41,530 nt of DNA from Selaginella moellendorffii (lineage: Eukaryota > Plantae > Lycopodiophyta): contig NW_003314375.1 of assembly GCF_000143415.4 (NCBI RefSeq), positions 496,499 through 538,028 of the forward strand, given 5' to 3'. The translations under genes and the position numbers were made by a program. Positions within the stretch are counted from its first letter, which is position 1. Each line of letters opens with the position of its first letter. Below are positions 35,901 through 41,530 of the stretch, piece after piece. The notes under the pieces were generated by a model. It was not told the origin of the DNA and searched no databases. It saw nothing but the letters and a program-made list of their open reading frames with translations.

Positions 35901-36133
35901 AAGTCAAGGGCCCTTTGAAGGCCTGGCTGGACGACGAGGTGATCGGCCGGTGCCATATACACGCGACGCCCACGCCCTAGAAGAGTGGTAGCCAGCCGGC
36001 CGGTTCAACGGAATTAAAGGCGAAAAAGAGAATGAAAAAAAGTACAGGCTTTTGGACTAGGGTTTGCGTGCGGATTCGTCATGGCTGGCAGTGCCACTTG
36101 CGCTGGCGCTGGTGCCGCCGGCCTCGATGCCAT
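32919..36133 (-). CDS. Class III formin (RhoGAP-like domain + FH1 + FH2); start uncertain (36133, 36082 or 35956)
   Basis: RhoGAP-like VAAAMLFFLKELKGVLIP...LP...LLRVLLKIHEHN...LAILVGPFL; poly-Pro FH1; FH2 KLKQLIWDKV, KRAHNISIQL, VLAVGNHLNGNSYRGAAKGFKLDTLLKLMDVK, YFGEDP. Confidence 0.92.
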
Positions 36134-36481
36134 CAACGATGCGCTGCTGCCGTTCGAAGGCGCCATCCGCAGCACGGCGCACCAGCTTTCCACGCTGAAT
36201 GAGGTTCCTATATTGCTTTGTGCTTTCTAATGGTCCAGATTTTATTATAATTTATTTTAATGGATAAGGTTTGTTTTACCAAGTACATACACAACCGTTA
36301 ACTTTCTTAATCTAATGGTTCTGTTTATATAACTATTTATTAACCATTAATAGAGGTCTGTATCAAAATAAATGTAATAATGCCTAGTTATAACCTCCAG
36401 GATAGAAGTGGAGCCGGCTAAGGAGCCCATTACAAAAGATGATTCCACAGTTGCTAGAAAAATTGACCATCTCCACATGAG
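36081..36481 (+). other. Possible 5' exons of an unidentified plus-strand gene cut by a Helitron
   Basis: Telo-box TAGGGTTT, then ATG-ORF MAGSATCAG...IRSTAHQLSTLNE|GT, and an AG-flanked exon IEVEPAKEPITKDDSTVARKIDHLHM|GT. Confidence 0.35.
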
Positions 36482-36517
36482 GTCATTTCTCTCTCGAATC
36501 ATTGATCATCATCATCA

Positions 36518-36599
36518 TCATACTCTCTTATTTAAAAGTGCTATTGGCATATAGCATCTGGCATCTTTAATTCCATTTTGAGAACATTATTTATGAATA
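36518..36599 (+). mobile_element. Helitron 5' end (same family as 11063 and 25169), interrupted
   Basis: TCATACTCTCTTATTTAAAAGTGCTATTGGCATATAGCATCTGGC. Confidence 0.75.
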
Positions 36600-36935
36600 T
36601 TAGCAGAGATCCCAGCTCCGCTGGAAGATATAGCATACCCAAGAAAAATAGATCTTCTTTTCTAATTTTACAATGTTAGAAATTTTGATTGTATTCTTTA
36701 CTATTATTCATCTCCAGAGAAATGCATAATAATGCAATTAGATAATAATGCAAGTGTTGGGAAAATAAGGTCATTTTTAATCATCATTAAATTATTGCAT
36801 TATTGTGCATTTCTTTAGATACAAATAGTAGCAAAATTTAGATAAATTTAACCTTGTATACAATCAATATTATAAAATAAGAAAAAAAGATTTATTTATC
36901 TTGGGTATACTCTATTTCCTAGTAAAGCTAAGGTA
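36600..36935. mobile_element. Two Helitron 3'-terminal segments joined back to back
   Basis: Minus-strand CCAGCGGAGCTGGG-ATCTCTGCTAA|T ends at 36600. 36793-36935 is the plus-strand version, ending in a degenerate hairpin TTTCCTAGTAAAGCTAAGG. Confidence 0.7.
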
Positions 36936-37362
36936 CTGGGAAGGTGAAGGCATTGAAGAAAAAAAGCTAACATGCAGGCAAATGATGAACATATTTCACC
37001 CATATGATCCTGTTGCCTACAGGTATCAATATATTTTTTTGTTAGCACCGTTTACATTTATCCTTTCGTCTTGATTACAAAGTGGAACCTCTGATATCTA
37101 TTCTTTTTGGAGAAAGTCAGTGAATATCTCGGGGTACAGGTAATCATAGTGGTTTGTAAGTTTTGCTATCAAAGATAGAGGAAATTTTTCGGTTGGGGCA
37201 TGGTTTTGTCACAGTTTCTTACGGTAGTATGGTGGCAGAAAGGCTATCTAGAAGTCCCAATGGTAGAGTCGACTTAATGCTACAGGTAAGTCTTGCTCTT
37301 TGCTATTACGTCATTCTCATGTGAATCCAGGATACAAAATTTGAACACCACTATGATAAACA

Positions 37363-39279
37363 ACAGCAGTGGCTGGAGAGAGAGAGAGAGAGGAGAGAGA
37401 GGAGAGAGAGGAGATTCGGAGTCGGAGTCACAGCAGCAGCAGCAGCAACATCACCAGCGAGAAGATCTCAAGGCCATGAGAATTCTCCACCAGGAGTTTG
37501 GGATCAGTCACATGTACCTAGCGGCCAGGTAAGAAGGGCAGTGCGAGGGACAGGGACGAAGATCTCACAAGGGACAGGGAAGAAGATCTTGCAGGGTTGG
37601 CCATCACCCACGAGCAGAGAGATTGATGAGGTCACTGATTTGCTCTATCACTTTGGAGCCATTTCTGCTCAACCCAGTGGCAAGGTGAGCTTCAATGTGG
37701 TGGCGGTGATCCAGAGCAGCTCTAGAAGTGGTGGTGATGACCATGCGTTTCTCTACAGGGGCACAGTGCTGTACAAATCCAATTAGTCTGGAGACGAGGA
37801 GCATCGTCACACCCATGGACGTGTATTGATTATTGTGACACACTAGGTTGGATCCAATCCAACTTCACCAACTTGCAGAGAAAGAGAGAACTAAGAAAGA
37901 CAAACAAAGAATAGTGACCATGGCCATATCTACATATTTGAGGACAAATTAAGTGAAGTGGTGCCAGATTCAATTGTATTTGTGTTGTAATACTACATTA
38001 TTTATAAGGTGTCTCCTGCCCTTGACTGGCTACCAAAAAATAACAAATGTCTTTTCCTCTTCGCTCTAAGTGAGCACTCTGACCTACACACATAACAGTA
38101 ACATATGTGTCCGAGAAGGCCAAGTACAAGCCACTGCTCAGTTCAAGCTCAAAGTCACTTTGCCTCTCTACATTTATATCAACAGCTCCTCTACATAATC
38201 AGGCTGTGTACTACACATGAACCATGGAGCCTATAGTTGGCCTGTCGCAAGACATCTCTTCTCCTCTGGTATTCCTGTTGAAGAACTAAGCAACAAGTAA
38301 GCAATACAAAGCTTACACCATATCATTCACTGTCACTTTTGCAAAGGCTTACTTAAATTCCATGTTTGCATGGACTCAGAATCATGTAAATATGAGAGCA
38401 CACTCGCAGTTATGCTCGCTGTCCCTCAGAATTTTCCTCCTCTTTAGTACTATTGATATCAGAGCATTTATCAAACAGTTGCTGTGCTATCTCCTCTGCG
38501 TGTGAGTGAGCAAAGGGAATGAGTTTCACTCGAGCAGGGGTGCCAATGGAACCGCACACTCACTAAAAAGAATCCATTCATTGCAAAGAGGAACCCACCA
38601 AAAAGAATCCCTCACGTGCTGTTTAAAACTCTCATAGCAGGCCGGAAGATAGGGTTTCATGCATTCTTCCAGGGCTTGAGCATGTAGTTGGGACGGTAGC
38701 ATTCTCTGTGATAGCACCATTGCTAGGGATCTCAGTATACATGTTCTTGGGGCCTAGATTGAGAAGCTTTATGGAACCGCTCCACTGGAATCATCTCCAC
38801 ATGGTGGGGGTAGCCTGGAGCAGATTGTTATGATAATCGCTATTTGTCTCTGTCTTTCTGCACATGAGGCTTGGCGTAATGAGCCTCCGGGAAAGCCCTG
38901 CAAACAGTTCATACGGTTTTAAAATATTTGCAGTGTATGGATCACAGATGTGGTGACCCTTGTACTCAGTGTGCTGCCTAGCTCTTCACTTATTTCCTCT
39001 GGATGGATGATCAGAAAGTAATCACTTGAAATAAGAAGTCAATGTTTTCTCTGCTTCTAGATTTCCAGGCACTTCCACTCTTGTATGATCCTCCTGTGTG
39101 GCGTGAGATGATGATAATGAGAATGTGGCTAATGTGGACTTATCGCATGAGCACTAGACTTTCTCAAGAGAACTAAACTAATACAAGATACAGATAGGTT
39201 CATCAAGAGAATGTCATTCACTTCTTTAGTGACTGCTTGGTGCCTGTAAAGTTCACAAGGACTTGGAGAGATGATCAAA
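37363..39279. repeat. Second copy of the 19342-21010 block
   Basis: Colinear direct repeat. Confidence 0.95.
38030..39279 (-). pseudogene. HEN1-like fragment, copy 2
   Basis: Same PPIase-like exon (RPTIGSMVHV...FELELS...MCVGQSAHL) with additional stops and frameshifts. Confidence 0.58.
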
Positions 39280-39321
39280 TTTCACATATCCCATTGGTTC
39301 ACCTAATTAGGGTAAAAGATA

Positions 39322-41439
39322 ATGCCAAGAGAGGTTATCACCATCCAATGTGGACAATGCGGCAATCAGGTTCTTCTACCCAATCCTCTTTTGTTTAATG
39401 TGGAGTATTTTTAGCACAGCTTGGATACAAATTTGGGAAATGGCACTCAAGGAACACGCTNNNNNNNNNNNNNNNNNNNNNNNNNNNNNNNNNNNNNNNN
39501 NNNNNNNNNNNNNNNNNNNNNNNNNNNNNNNNNNNNNNNNNNNNNNNNNNNNNNNNNNNNNNNNNNNNNNNNNNNNNNNNNNNNCAACCTTCCAGTTGGG
39601 GATGGGACTCATCCGATATTTACCTTAAAAGTTATACTCCATAGTCTCTCCTTTCCTTACATCTGTTTTTGTAGGCCAGGGCAGTCTTAGTGGATATGGA
39701 AGAAGGAGTTGTGAATCAGCTTTTAATGGTCTGCATACAAATTTTTCTTCTAAAATTTTAAAAATTCTTTAGGGCAATTTATCCGAGTTGTTCAATTCAA
39801 CACAGCTTATCACAGATATCTCTGGCTCCGGAAACAACTGGTATAATTATCAATGAGAATTCGTAACCACAATCATTGTTTGCTGCCGTGAAGGGCTCAT
39901 GGGCATAACTTTTACGGTCCAAAGTACTCGGGTACTATTATTGAAAAAGTACGCCGTGAGGTACAAAAGAAATATGAACCTCAAACAACGTTTTCCCCAG
40001 GCAGAGATTTGCAGTTCATTGCAGGGTTTTTTTCTCTTGCATTCACTTGGAGGAGGAACTGGTTCTGGTCTTGGAAGCTACATTCTGGAACTTTTGCATG
40101 TAATTGCATCGATAATATCTTTTACAAGTATTAACGAATGCTGCATAGGATGCTTATCCGAAAGTTTTTAGATTTTCTGCATCTCTTTTCCCATCCACAG
40201 ATGACGACGTTATTACATCTCCTTATAACAGGTATCTTTAAAGGCTCATTAAATGCTAAACCTCGCATCCTAATTTAGTGTTCTATCTATTGGATCCCTC
40301 ACTCAACATGCGGATTGTGTTTTTCCAATTGAAAACCAGGCACTTATAGACATACTTAGGTTCCAAATTTCATGCTCAAAATAATTCATTGTAACTGTGA
40401 CTTTAACAGAAAAAAAGGCCAACATAAATGTCAATCATCTGAAGAAAAAAGGAATAAGGCGCCTTTCGACGCGATGAATGCTTTAGTCTCTTCACTGCTT
40501 TTGAATCTAACCAGTTCTATGCGTTTTGAGGGCCAGCTTAACGGTGCAATATGCCTGGCATTTCTTTGCAATTTTGTATAATTCGTATTTGACAGTCGAT
40601 TTGAACGAAATTACTACAAATCTAATACCCTATCCGCGTTTACATTACCTCATATCAAGCATGGCACTTTTTACACCTAAAGGTAACCCAACGCTCTTTG
40701 AATTTCCTGCTAAATTAAATTATTTAGGGAAATTACCCTGGCATCCCAACCAGCACACAAAGCTCGTTAATCAGGTCTTTGTAATTCGGATTGTATATGA
40801 TGGCTGATCCTGTCTGTCATTGTTCAGCTTTTCAGTGATGCTCTCTCAAAAGACAATTATCTTATAAAATCTAACCCTTTGGAATCTGTATATTTTAATT
40901 GCGCATTTCTGTTAAGAGGGACACCGTGTAGCATTTCGGATGTAAACGAGAGCATTGTCCGATCAAGCCAACGTCTAAACATGGTTTCGCATATTTGAAT
41001 TTTGTGTACTAACTTTTTACTCCTATTTCACAGATTCACTGGAATACTGGCGGTTTTAAAGTTGGTGTTTGTCGTCAGCCCGCTTCTGGAATACCCCTGT
41101 CCCTTGTATGCCTTGCAAATAACACTTGCATCAGGTATCTACAACCAGAATCTATATACTTAGTGTCAAGATCTTTCAGGAATCGGCTGTTAGCTATGAA
41201 ACACTCGTTCAACATGTTGTTTAGAAAACGGGTGTATATCCATCACTATACGGAATACATGGATTTTGGAATGTTTAATGTCTGCTCAGGTAGCTAGCTG
41301 CTAGCTTAATTTTAGTTTTTCTTCTTTATATGTAACAGGTATCATGGACACCTTGATTGAAGACTATGGTACTTTCGAGAGTATGCAACATCAGAAAGTC
41401 AGACACCTCAAGCTAATGCGCGACCTTGCAAAAAGATAA
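39322..41439 (+). CDS. TUBE1: Epsilon-tubulin, multi-exon
   Basis: [16 protein letters not shown]; WEMALKEHA; [13 protein letters not shown]; SGSGNNWAHG; [17 protein letters not shown]; [11 protein letters not shown]; [33 protein letters not shown]; TAA at 41437-41439. Spans a gap and has an apparent 1-nt deletion in exon 2. Confidence 0.93.
39461..39584. other. Assembly gap (N run)
   Basis: N run. Confidence 1.
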
Positions 41440-41530
41440 AATTATATTAGTCAGACATTCTCTTTCACGGTTTCGTTTAAAACACTTCTTGCTTCTTTGT
41501 CTTTTGTTTTATTTAAATATGTAATGCAAT

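Overview
Eukaryotic plant DNA, most likely a lycophyte (Selaginella-like). This is inferred from ~50-70 bp introns, an ALDH21-like fragment, a RhoGAP-bearing class III formin, epsilon-tubulin, a PLS-class PPR fragment and TTTAGGG repeats. The first ~30.7 kb is transposon-derived. It holds (i) a young 5.5-kb minus-strand LTR retroelement (4656-10170; 418-bp LTRs with 3 mismatches, tRNA-Arg PBS) with gag but no pol, plus an intact 308-aa extra ORF with an F-box-like N-terminus, and (ii) a head-to-tail chain of non-autonomous Helitrons with CCCAG-N5-CTGGG hairpin + CTAG ends. The Helitron region carries host fragments (SDR/TIC32-like, ALDH21, kinase, HEN1-like, PPR) and two RepHel relics. The last ~11 kb holds compact host genes: a CYP85-clan P450 (-), a class III formin (-) and epsilon-tubulin (+). 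A Helitron-associated block with a second HEN1-like copy lies between the formin and epsilon-tubulin. There are three assembly gaps. All protein assignments come from motif recognition by eye, not database searches.
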